DNA of 21,382 nt from a virus (IMGVR_UViG_3300028833_000002), one strand, 5' to 3'. Shown: positions 8,035 to 15,573, counted from the first letter of the stretch. Notes: generated by a model not told the origin, from the sequence alone. Made by a program: numbers and translations.

Positions 8035-9347
8035 TAGAACTTACAGAAAACGATAAACTTGAAGAACAGGAAGACTACAATACCCTCAATGAAAAGCAGA
8101 AACAGTTTTTCGATATGGCAATGAGCGGCAAGAATATGTTCATTACCGGTCCAGCCGGCACAGGAAAAACATTTCTCGTTAATCGCATAATCAAAGCATT
8201 TGAACGTCGCGGCAAAACCAGTATAGTTTGTGCAACTACTGGTGTTGCGGCAAGAAGTATAGGGGGGTTTACACTTCATCACCAGTTCCATCTCTCCGTA
8301 ACCGATGGCACAGCAACTCAGGACAATGATTGGTTAAAGGATGCTGATAGTCTTATCATTGATGAAGCCTCCATGATGGATTACCTTATCTTCAACACAA
8401 TCGGCAATGAAATTAAGGAGTTCAATCCAAACTGTCAGATTATTCTTATCGGTGATTTCTTTCAGTTACCACCTGTTGTAACTGAGGAAACAGTTAAAAT
8501 CGCTGACCATCGCGGCTATTCAGACCAGATTGACCGTAGTCAGTATCATTGCTTTCACTCGCACATTTGGAGGGATTTCAACTTCCAAACTTGTATCCTC
8601 ACACAGGCAATGAGACAGGACGACCAGGCATTTAGCACAGCACTCTACAATCTCAGCCGCAATACTCTTACAAACAATGACCTTGCTTATCTCTCACAAT
8701 CACAGAAAAACTCTCCAATGAAGGGTGCTATAATCCTCGCTTGTACAAATAAGGTTGTAAACGCTATCAATTCTCAGGAACTCGATAAAATAGATTCGCC
8801 GGAAAAAGTCTACAAAGCTCTCTATTGGGGCGAGTATGATAAAGAAATCCCAAAGATACTTAAACTGAAAATCGGCGCGAGAGTTATGCTCACAATTAAC
8901 AATCCAGCAGATGGCTACTGTAATGGCGACATGGGCAACATCACAGAAATGAATATTACGGGGGTTAGGGTTAAGTTAGATAGCGGTGAAACGGTAGATG
9001 TTCCTCAGTATGACTTTAAAACCCAAATTTTTGAGGACGGTGAAACTCAGACAATCGGGGGTATCAAACAGTTACCACTTAAACTCGCTTGGGCAATTAC
9101 AGTGCATAAGTCCCAGGGTCAGACTTTCGATAAGGTAAACTTCCTTTATGACAAAGGTTTCTTCGATGGCGCCAATGAAAACCGCACACTTCTTTACGTT
9201 GGTTTAAGCCGCGCAAGAAAAATTGAAAATCTTTATCTCAGAATTAAAGGCAATCTTCCACGTTTCAATAACGAAGCAATAGTAGACTTCTACAATGGCA
9301 ATTACAAGACCTATACAAGCCGCTTTGACGGTATGGTAGGTTTCTAA
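8031..9347 (+). CDS. Pif1/RecD-like superfamily 1B DNA helicase (438 aa)
   Basis: SF1B motifs in order: GPAGTGKT, IIDEASM, GDFFQLPPV, LTQAMRQ, N..V..IN, WAITVHKSQGQT, YVGLSRA; also KIGARVML and CNGDMG typical of the Pif1 family. Confidence 0.9.
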   Translation: MIELTENDKLEEQEDYNTLNEKQKQFFDMAMSGKNMFITGPAGTGKTFLVNRIIKAFERRGKTSIVCATTGVAARSIGGFTLHHQFHLSVTDGTATQDNDWLKDADSLIIDEASMMDYLIFNTIGNEIKEFNPNCQIILIGDFFQLPPVVTEETVKIADHRGYSDQIDRSQYHCFHSHIWRDFNFQTCILTQAMRQDDQAFSTALYNLSRNTLTNNDLAYLSQSQKNSPMKGAIILACTNKVVNAINSQELDKIDSPEKVYKALYWGEYDKEIPKILKLKIGARVMLTINNPADGYCNGDMGNITEMNITGVRVKLDSGETVDVPQYDFKTQIFEDGETQTIGGIKQLPLKLAWAITVHKSQGQTFDKVNFLYDKGFFDGANENRTLLYVGLSRARKIENLYLRIKGNLPRFNNEAIVDFYNGNYKTYTSRFDGMVGF

Positions 9348-9353
9348 AATCGC

Positions 9354-9382
9354 GGCTGGGTGTTAGCACCTGGCCATTTTTT
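9354..9382 (+). terminator. intrinsic terminator of the helicase operon
   Basis: GGCTGGGTG-TTAG-CACCTGGCC followed by ATTTTTT. Confidence 0.75.
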
Positions 9383-9471
9383 GCGTTATAGGAGTAGAGC
9401 ATGGGTTTCGCGGCAAGATTTTTAGGATTTAATTCCGCGGCGAAATAACAGAGAAAGTAAAATAGCACATA

Positions 9472-9506
9472 CTCTAATACTATGAGCGAAGCGAATAGTA
9501 TTAGAG
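9472..9506. repeat. perfect 12-bp inverted repeat with a GCGAAGC-containing loop
   Basis: CTCTAATACTAT (9472-9483) / ATAGTATTAGAG (9495-9506). Confidence 0.85.
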
Positions 9507-9544
9507 GGGAAGCAGCGTGCGAGCGCGTAGCGCGAGTTAGCTGT

Positions 9545-10104
9545 ATATATTATATATAGTGGGGATTAACTTTTTTTGGAGTGAGAATGGAGGGGTAAGG
9601 GTAGTAGTATAATTATTATATATAATATAGTGGAGTTTAACTTTAACGGTAATGGTAGTAGAGTGGTAGGGTAGGGGTAGTAGTAATAATATAATTATAT
9701 TATATAGTGCAAGTTAACTTAATTGCGGTAATCGCGGCGAAAGGAGGAAGAAAAATCTAAACGGCGAAGCTGGAGGGGTAGGGGTAGGGTAATAAATATA
9801 TTATATTATATAGTGCAAGTTAACTTTAACAGTAGGGGAGAGTAGTAGGGGAAATAGGGGAGAAATGATAGGGGTAGGGTAGGGATAATATAATTATATA
9901 TATTAATAGTGCAACTTAACTTAGTTTGATAAGGGGAAAGAAAAAAAGAAGAAAAAAGGGGGAGGGTAAGTATATAATTATTATATATTATATAGTGGAG
10001 TTTAACTTTAACAGTAGAAGAGAAGAAAAAAGGGGGAAATAAAAGGGGAGAATGGGGGGGTGTAGGAGTAGTAATAATATATATTATATTGTGCAACTTA
10101 ACTT
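9545..10104 (+). repeat. 7 degenerate units of [G-tract][TA-rich][TAGTG-NNNN-TTAACTT], period about 71-105 bp
   Basis: Cores at about 9555, 9626, 9703, 9808, 9905, 9991, 10087; G/purine runs only on the + strand. Confidence 0.8.
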
Positions 10105-10388
10105 TCTCGCTAAAGCCATCTAACTCGTGCTTACCGTTCCAAACCGTTTTTTAGCGGTTTCGTCCGTTACCCTCCGTGGTGAAGTTTAAGTTTTTCTTAG
10201 TTCTTTGGGAATGGTTTTAGTTTGGTAAATTTTGCTAGCGCAGCCTAGCATAGCGTTAATGAAATTTCGCCGCGATTTTAGGGGAGTAGGTATTGTTTTC
10301 GCGGCGAAAAAGGGGTCGAGAAGAAAAGATTGCGTTCTCCCCTTTTAGGGGGATAGGGGGTCAAAAGGGGCGGAATTTACGCCCCAAG

Positions 10389-10421
10389 AAAACTAATCTT
10401 TTCGTCAGAAAAGTTAGTTTT
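10389..10421. other. inverted repeat
   Basis: AAAACTAA-T-CTTTTC-GTCA-GAAAAG-TTAGTTTT. Confidence 0.55.
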
Positions 10422-10443
10422 CGCCAATTCTTTTATTATATTA

Positions 10444-10610
10444 CAGTTGGTTTAAATTTTTACACCCAGTTGGTTTAAATTTTTACAGCAGATGGTTTAA
10501 ATTTTTACACCCAGTTGGTTTAAATTTTGACATTCGGGCGGGTTGTCAGTTTAAATTTTTACAACCAGTTGGTTTAAATTTTTACACCCAGATGGTTTAA
10601 ATTTTTACAC
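10444..10610 (+). repeat. iteron-like tandem array, 7 x 22-23 bp (CAG(T/A)TGGTTTAAATTTTTACACC)
   Basis: Four copies 10444-10534, a 12-bp interruption, then one partial and two full copies to 10610. Confidence 0.9.
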
Positions 10611-10693
10611 TCTTGCCCGGTATGAAAATTTTTGATTTTCTTTTACATTTTCTACATTATTAATGCCGATGGTCGCGGCAAGGAGATGATAAT

Positions 10694-11425
10694 ATGACCA
10701 AACGAAATATAAAAACCTTTGATGATACTCATAAGCCTGATATTACTAAAACTTAGCAGCTCGTTTATCACTATCTACTTAGTAAATCTGTGTTTGACCC
10801 TGATTTAAAAATTTACAAAGTATTTAAATCTGATATACCTCAAACAAAAATCGCGGCAGATTTAAAAATATCTAGACCTACCGTATCAACAGCTCTCAAA
10901 AAACTCGATGAAAAACACTACATCAGTGAAGTTGACCTAGATGGTTCCTTAACGCCGGGAAAGTGGTATGTAATTCATCCATATATGACGCCATATGTGG
11001 GGTTAGATATAGACCTCATTAAATTTCTTACTGTAATTGCTTCCTCTCTTAAAGAAGACCTTAAACATGTAATTTCTGTTTATTGTTTATTATGTAAGTT
11101 CTATGATGAAGCTCATAAAAATTATATGGTGCCTTATATTACTCCGTCATTGCTTGCAAAAGTTTATGAAAAGAACAGTAGTTATGGAAATATGACTCCT
11201 AAATATTACATTCTTCTCAGTATTTTTATTGGAACAGAATTATTAAATGGTGAATGGGAAGATTGCGTTATAAATAATAGCGGATTAACATGCAGAAAAT
11301 TTAAAATTGAAAAAATTTGTACTGTTTTGCCGCAAAATATTAAAGAAGTTTTAAAAGATGACATAGATGATGCTAAAACTCATCAAATGTTAGAACGAAT
11401 TCTCCAAGAAAATCCAGAAATGTAA
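10694..11425 (+). CDS. Rep-like winged helix-turn-helix protein (243 codons) with an in-frame TAG at codon 21; recoded gene or pseudogene
   Basis: AAGGAG RBS 8 nt before ATG 10694, in frame with the track ORF 10790-11425, whose GTG lacks an RBS. TAG at 10754-10756. HTH segment QTKIAADLKISRPTVSTALKKLDEKHYI. Confidence 0.65.
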
Positions 11426-11435
11426 AAATTTTCCA

Positions 11436-11463
11436 GCTCTAGGACAGCTCCTAGGGCTTTTTT
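11436..11463 (+). terminator. intrinsic terminator
   Basis: GCTCTAGGA-CAGC-TCCTAGGGC then TTTTTT. Confidence 0.8.
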
Positions 11464-11480
11464 ATTTGTGTGCGTCCGAC

Positions 11481-11646
11481 GCAGCTCCTTCGCAGCTCCT
11501 ATAAGACCCCTATAACGCCGCGCCCGGGGAGACCGCTCCCTATCCGCCCGGATGTGCCGCGATTTTATGGGGCTGACGGACGACGTAAATGGGTGGCTTG
11601 GCGGCGCGAATAAATGTGGGCGGGATGCAGCTCCTTCGCAGCTCCT
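11481..11646 (+). repeat. direct repeat GCAGCTCCTTCGCAGCTCCT x2 bracketing a GC-rich structured segment
   Basis: Identical 20-mers at 11481-11500 and 11627-11646, each itself a tandem GCAGCTCCT. Confidence 0.8.
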
Positions 11647-11758
11647 TTAAGGGGCGTAAATACGTGGTGTGCCGTGGGGAGTGGGTGGAAATGGGGGAAT
11701 TGAGGGAAAGATGGCGAGATTGGAAAATTTCGTTAGAAATGGAAGAATGTGGTAAATT

Positions 11759-11797
11759 GCCCGGGCAAATTGGCAATAAGTGGTAAAAGGCCCGGGC
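11759..11797. promoter_or_regulatory. double GCCCGGGC site at the end of the cassette array (no promoter follows)
   Basis: GCCCGGGC at 11759 and 11790 in periodic TGG(T/C)AA(A/T) / TTT(A)CCA boxes. Confidence 0.7.
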
Positions 11798-11831
11798 AGA
11801 ATGCCAAATTTTACCAATCAAATGGCAAAAT

Positions 11832-11854
11832 AAAACCACTCCCGAAGGAGTGGC
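11832..11854 (-). terminator. terminator, cassette 1
   Basis: GCCACTCC-TTCG-GGAGTGGT-TTT on the minus strand. Confidence 0.85.
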
Positions 11855-11860
11855 AATATT

Positions 11861-12124
11861 TTACATGGTAAGGTCGATGATGTCTTCGCCCTCCAAATCG
11901 TCCATGTCTGTGACTTCTTCAATGTCGATATAACAATCTTCCAAAAAGTCATCAAATTCTTCATCTGTGTAACCATCTGTGTATGCAACATCTATATTGC
12001 TTGCGGCATAGTCATAAATTCCGTCTAACATATAATCGTTAACTTCCTCTTCACCATTTGCCTTAAAATAAAGCGTATCGTCACAACCGCAGTAACCACA
12101 AGTATACGTGCCTTTAAAATACAT
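11861..12124 (-). CDS. very acidic small protein with CxxC (87 aa), possible DNA mimic
   Basis: GAGGAGGAAG RBS inside the upstream gene; about 27 D/E versus 2 K; CGYCG motif. Confidence 0.8.
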   Translation of the reverse strand: MYFKGTYTCGYCGCDDTLYFKANGEEEVNDYMLDGIYDYAASNIDVAYTDGYTDEEFDDFLEDCYIDIEEVTDMDDLEGEDIIDLTM

Positions 12125-12693
12125 TAATCTTCCTCCTCTTCATCCAAGTCTTCATCTTCATTGTCATTATCTGCCATGTCAAAACAATCCTCTTCTTCAA
12201 CTTCAATGTTAAAACTGGACTCCCAAAAACTGAGAACAAAACTACCACTTTCCGGCGCAAGTGCTTCCAGTGCCTTGTTAATTTCTTTTGCAGTATGGTA
12301 GTCAATTTCTGATGATAAAGCATTGTCATATGCTTCATGGTCATAATCATCGTAAATCATATCATACCACGGTAACTCAATTTCATCATCGTTATCTTTA
12401 CGTGCGCAAATACCTACATTCTGTATAAACCATTCAATTTTTGTATCACGGTCAACCTCTTCGGCAAGTGCCTGTGCTAAATTCCACAATGAAATATATG
12501 AAGTGCCATTGTAGATGTAGCCGGTATAATGTTCAACGTCGAAAAATCTGCCGTTATAGCGGTCACAATTCTGCATAACCTTTTCAACTTCGTTAACAAT
12601 TCTGTCTGAAAAGTCGTTCTTTAAGGCGCTGGTTAAATCTGTAAGATTTGAGTAAAATGATGGGCAGTGTCCTTCGTAAATTACTTTGTACAT
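12124..12693 (-). CDS. hypothetical protein with a long acidic C-terminal tail (189 aa)
   Basis: First gene of the cassette, leader plus GGAAGGA RBS; tail EEEDCFDMADNDNEDEDLDEEEED. Confidence 0.85.
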   Translation of the reverse strand: MYKVIYEGHCPSFYSNLTDLTSALKNDFSDRIVNEVEKVMQNCDRYNGRFFDVEHYTGYIYNGTSYISLWNLAQALAEEVDRDTKIEWFIQNVGICARKDNDDEIELPWYDMIYDDYDHEAYDNALSSEIDYHTAKEINKALEALAPESGSFVLSFWESSFNIEVEEEDCFDMADNDNEDEDLDEEEED

Positions 12694-12701
12694 AGTTATT
12701 A

Positions 12702-12733
12702 TCCTTCCGGTTTTAGGGACTTATTACCTGTCC
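12702..12733 (-). ncRNA. leader stem-loop/pseudoknot + SD, copy A
   Basis: GGAC-AGGUAAUAA-GUCC-CU-AAAACC-GGAAGGA. Confidence 0.75.
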
Positions 12734-12757
12734 TTTGTTGTTTTATCTTATGTATAT

Positions 12758-12786
12758 ATTATAACATAGAATAGGGCAGTTGTCAA
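12758..12786 (-). promoter_or_regulatory. consensus sigma-A promoter
   Basis: TTGACA-17-TATAAT, TGn extension. Confidence 0.95.
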
Positions 12787-12828
12787 GTGTTTTTCTAAAA
12801 ATTTTTCGCTGCCAAAATCTACCAAATC

Positions 12829-12836
12829 GCCCGGGC
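12829..12836. promoter_or_regulatory. GCCCGGGC core of the periodic site
   Basis: Starts 43 bp from the -35 hexamer. Confidence 0.7.
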
Positions 12837-12865
12837 GAAAAGGCAGAATTTACCATTTAAGGGGT

Positions 12866-12890
12866 AAAATAAATCGCCCCGAAGGGCGAA
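12866..12890 (-). terminator. terminator, cassette 2
   Basis: TCGCCC-TTCG-GGGCGA then TTTATTTT. Confidence 0.85.
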
Positions 12891-12893
12891 GTA

Positions 12894-13304
12894 TTAGTCG
12901 TTGTATTTTTCCGTAATATGGCTTGCATACTTATCATAGTAAATGTTGTCATATATTTCCATATCATACTGTAATAACCGTATTTTATCTTGTAACTCTT
13001 TTATCTCATTATGGCACAAATCCGCCGCATCTTCATAATGTAACACTTCTTCATACCTTTTGACTATTATTCTGTCTTCTGCTACTTCATCGGTATTAAA
13101 AATATCAAAAACGCCAGTTAAAACTTCTTTAAAGACATCAAATTCAGTTTCAGTACATTTTATAATTTCAAAGGGGTAACCGTCATCAATGGCATTGATA
13201 AGATTTTCATAGTTTTTGTCCTGTATAAAATCCTCACAGTTGTCAGAAAGTGTTAATTCATAACAATCTCTTTCATGGTACATTCTGTATACAATTACTA
13301 TCAT
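12894..13304 (-). CDS. acidic hypothetical protein (136 aa)
   Basis: GGGAGG RBS favours ATG at 13304 over the track start at 13319. Confidence 0.8.
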   Translation of the reverse strand: MIVIVYRMYHERDCYELTLSDNCEDFIQDKNYENLINAIDDGYPFEIIKCTETEFDVFKEVLTGVFDIFNTDEVAEDRIIVKRYEEVLHYEDAADLCHNEIKELQDKIRLLQYDMEIYDNIYYDKYASHITEKYND

Positions 13305-13306
13305 AG

Positions 13307-13726
13307 TTAATCCTCCCAAATTAAATCAATGTGAAAACTGTTAATATTTACTGTCATGTCCACCATTTCCCAGTGTCTATTGTACGCTTCTTGTAATATA
13401 TTGGTTAAAAAATTATCAACAAATGTATTTGCCGCATCATACATTTCTCTTGAAAGTATACGATTTCTGTACAAAAGAAGTATATCACTTAAATGAAAGT
13501 CTCCGATTGTTTCATCTGTGTCATAAATAGTTTCTGCATGAAGGGTAAAACAATAATCTGTCAAATTATACCAAGTTGTTATAATGTCTTCGGCAGAACT
13601 TTGGTCTAACATATAATTTACCATTAATCTTAATGAACTTGTTTCAAAGTCATTACACTTAAAGCAACACTTTTTCATATTGGTTTTGTTCCCTTTTTTC
13701 ATATTGGCTTTGTCCTTTTTTTTCAT
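13307..13726 (-). CDS. hypothetical protein (139 aa) with a triplicated start region
   Basis: First gene of the cassette; in-frame ATGs at 13726, 13702, 13678 from a 24-bp tandem repeat. Confidence 0.8.
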   Translation of the reverse strand: MKKKDKANMKKGNKTNMKKCCFKCNDFETSSLRLMVNYMLDQSSAEDIITTWYNLTDYCFTLHAETIYDTDETIGDFHLSDILLLYRNRILSREMYDAANTFVDNFLTNILQEAYNRHWEMVDMTVNINSFHIDLIWED

Positions 13727-13734
13727 ATTGGTTA

Positions 13735-13764
13735 TCCTTTCCGGTTTTAGAGTCTTTCCTGACT
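13735..13764 (-). ncRNA. leader stem-loop/pseudoknot + SD, copy B
   Basis: AGUC-AGGAAA-GACU-CU-AAAACC-GGAAAGGA. Confidence 0.7.
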
Positions 13765-13778
13765 TATCTTATGTATAT

Positions 13779-13807
13779 ATTATAACATATTCCGCCGCGA
13801 TTGTCAA
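13779..13807 (-). promoter_or_regulatory. consensus sigma-A promoter
   Basis: TTGACA-17-TATAAT; spacer contains ATCGCGGCGGAA. Confidence 0.95.
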
Positions 13808-13849
13808 GTAGTTTTGAAGAAAAATTTTCGCGGCAATAAATGGTAAAAT

Positions 13850-13857
13850 GCCCGGGC
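13850..13857. promoter_or_regulatory. GCCCGGGC core of the periodic site
   Basis: 43 bp from -35. Confidence 0.7.
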
Positions 13858-13891
13858 GAAAAGGAAAAATGTGGTAATGGCATAATAAATG

Positions 13892-13915
13892 AAAACCGCC
13901 CAATAAATGGGCGGC
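13892..13915 (-). terminator. terminator, cassette 3
   Basis: CCGCCCA-TTTAT-TGGGCGG-TTTT. Confidence 0.85.
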
Positions 13916-13919
13916 GTGT

Positions 13920-14384
13920 TTACTTCAACCATTTTGCTATATATTCGCTTGTATAACCACTACGGATAGGGGGATTAGATAAATCAGTTAAAAAACCGCT
14001 ACCCTTATTTATTTTAATATGTATACCATATAAACTTTTTGCTTTTTCTTTAGGTTTAAGTTCAACATAGTTAGTTCTATTTTTATCTTGATTTAGTTTA
14101 TCTATCTCTGTATTCTTTACATAGAAATAAAAAGGTAAATCCGTTTTGTCCTCTCTTTTAGTATGGAATACACATTTTGTATAATGCGTATTAAACCAAA
14201 GGAGTTGACATTTTCGATAGAATTTGACGATAGGACGAATGAAAATGAACACAATAAGCGTCCAAACACCGCATAAAGCGTATTGTATTTTTTCATTATC
14301 ATATAAGTTCGCAAGAGAAACGATAAAAATAATAAGCTGATAAGCAATAATTGTGATGATTATAGTTAAAATAATAGTTGTCAT
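13920..14384 (-). CDS. membrane protein, two N-terminal TM helices (154 aa)
   Basis: AAGGA RBS; hydrophobic segments near aa 3-26 and 35-52, basic C-terminal domain. Confidence 0.8.
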   Translation of the reverse strand: MTTIILTIIITIIAYQLIIFIVSLANLYDNEKIQYALCGVWTLIVFIFIRPIVKFYRKCQLLWFNTHYTKCVFHTKREDKTDLPFYFYVKNTEIDKLNQDKNRTNYVELKPKEKAKSLYGIHIKINKGSGFLTDLSNPPIRSGYTSEYIAKWLK

Positions 14385-14386
14385 AA

Positions 14387-14593
14387 TTAATCCTTCTTTG
14401 ATGTTGTCTTAAAGAAACTGCCAATGATTGAAAGTACAATCGCCCATAGTGCCGCCTGTTTCCAAGTCCATGTCGCAATTACACCTAACTTACAAAGTGC
14501 CCACAGTCCAAATCCTACAAGAAGAATTGAAAAACCATAACAAATTGCCATAATAGCAACAACAGCGATAAATGTTAATAAAACTTTTTTCAT
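14387..14593 (-). CDS. small membrane protein (68 aa)
   Basis: Almost entirely hydrophobic; first gene of the cassette. Confidence 0.85.
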   Translation of the reverse strand: MKKVLLTFIAVVAIMAICYGFSILLVGFGLWALCKLGVIATWTWKQAALWAIVLSIIGSFFKTTSKKD

Positions 14594-14602
14594 AATAGAA
14601 AA

Positions 14603-14636
14603 TCCTTTCCGGTTTTAACGACTTATAACCTGTCGT
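14603..14636 (-). ncRNA. leader stem-loop/pseudoknot + SD, copy C
   Basis: ACGAC-AGGUUAUAA-GUCGU-U-AAAACC-GGAAAGGA. Confidence 0.75.
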
Positions 14637-14659
14637 GTTTTGTTTTATCTTATGTATAT

Positions 14660-14688
14660 ATTATAGCACAGTTTAAGGCGCTTGTCAA
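14660..14688 (-). promoter_or_regulatory. consensus sigma-A promoter
   Basis: TTGACA-17-TATAAT. Confidence 0.95.
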
Positions 14689-14729
14689 GTGTTTTTAAAA
14701 ATTTTTTCGCCGCCAAAAACTGCCAAAAC

Positions 14730-14737
14730 GCCCGGGC
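14730..14737. promoter_or_regulatory. GCCCGGGC core of the periodic site
   Basis: 42 bp from -35. Confidence 0.7.
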
Positions 14738-14772
14738 ATTCTGCCAAAATTTACCAATTATGGCATATAAAG

Positions 14773-14796
14773 AAACCGCCCTCTTTCGAGAGCGGC
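14773..14796 (-). terminator. terminator, cassette 4
   Basis: GCCGCTCTC-GAAA-GAGGGCGGT-TT; identical 24-mer at 19151 and 20309. Confidence 0.85.
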
Positions 14797-14801
14797 GAAA
14801 T

Positions 14802-15119
14802 TTACCAGTCTGACCTATTGTCCCGTATATATTGACTTATATAATATAAAAGATAAGGCATATTACAATCTTTACTATTAACTGTAAAATTGTCACTTCC
14901 TGCCCAGTCCGGACCTTTTACATCCACTATGTCATTGTAAATATCCTCCTCTTTATCAAAATCAAACATACCAATATTTCTCAGAATGGTATTTTCTTCC
15001 TCTAACTTCTCTATTCGCTTTTCTAACTGGATTATTTTGGAGAACAGTGCGGCAAGTACCGCATCTGTTTCCATTTTTTTACCATCCTTGTCATAAAATC
15101 CACTTTCCCACAATTTCAT
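14802..15119 (-). CDS. hypothetical protein with a short coiled coil (105 aa)
   Basis: GAGGT RBS; segment KIIQLEKRIEKLEEENTIL. Confidence 0.8.
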   Translation of the reverse strand: MKLWESGFYDKDGKKMETDAVLAALFSKIIQLEKRIEKLEEENTILRNIGMFDFDKEEDIYNDIVDVKGPDWAGSDNFTVNSKDCNMPYLLYYISQYIRDNRSDW

Positions 15120-15129
15120 TTTTCTTACC

Positions 15130-15573
15130 TCACATTCTTAACACGGCATTTAAGATGTCAAAGATTTCCTTTTCGGAGTAAGCACCTTTTCCCCATTCTT
15201 CCCTAATTTCCTTATTATCATCAAAAAGGATACCTTTACCAAGGCTGTGCTTTGGCGTGCCGTATGGTACAATACAAATCTCATCCCATTCCACAGATGG
15301 AAGATGTTTCCTAAGCCACTGTAATTTGGCTTCCTTTGTGCGCTTGTCAAATTCCGGTGTACTTTCCTTTGAGCACCATGAAACGATTTTCAGAGTAAAG
15401 TCTAATTCCTTCTGTAATTTGTTGAGAAGTTTGGCAAGCCTTGACAAGTTAAGTCGTGCCTTAGCATCCTTGTATGGTCTTACGGAATAATTTCTCAAAT
15501 CTTCCAACCAACCTTCAACTTCATAGAAGTTATTTAAAGTTCCGTCCATGTCAAATACTATTTCTTTTTCCAT
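15130..15573 (-). CDS. HAD-superfamily phosphatase, 5'(3')-deoxyribonucleotidase-like (147 aa)
   Basis: Motif I IVFDMDGT, motif II IVSW, K..WL..HLP and motif IV ILFDDN. Confidence 0.8.
   Translation of the reverse strand: MEKEIVFDMDGTLNNFYEVEGWLEDLRNYSVRPYKDAKARLNLSRLAKLLNKLQKELDFTLKIVSWCSKESTPEFDKRTKEAKLQWLRKHLPSVEWDEICIVPYGTPKHSLGKGILFDDNKEIREEWGKGAYSEKEIFDILNAVLRM

Noticed and set aside
9401-9448. 15-codon ORF MGFAARFLGFNSAAK with an AGGAG upstream
   Set aside because: It lies after the helicase terminator with no visible promoter and is largely made of two CGCGGC motifs; probably incidental.
9545-10104. Possible CRISPR array (repeat plus spacer spacing)
   Set aside because: Repeats are degenerate, spacers are low-complexity G/A runs of variable length resembling each other, and no cas genes are in the window.
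9265-10478. Track ORFs 9265-9468, 9806-10096 and 10293-10478
   Set aside because: Low-complexity translations of repeats and non-coding DNA, with no RBS.
10444-10610. Possible CRISPR array
   Set aside because: Repeats are head-to-tail with no unique spacers, which fits iterons.
11540-11839. Track ORFs 11540-11839 (-) and 11589-11786 (+)
   Set aside because: They lie between facing terminators in GC-rich repeat DNA where stops are rare, with no promoter or convincing RBS.
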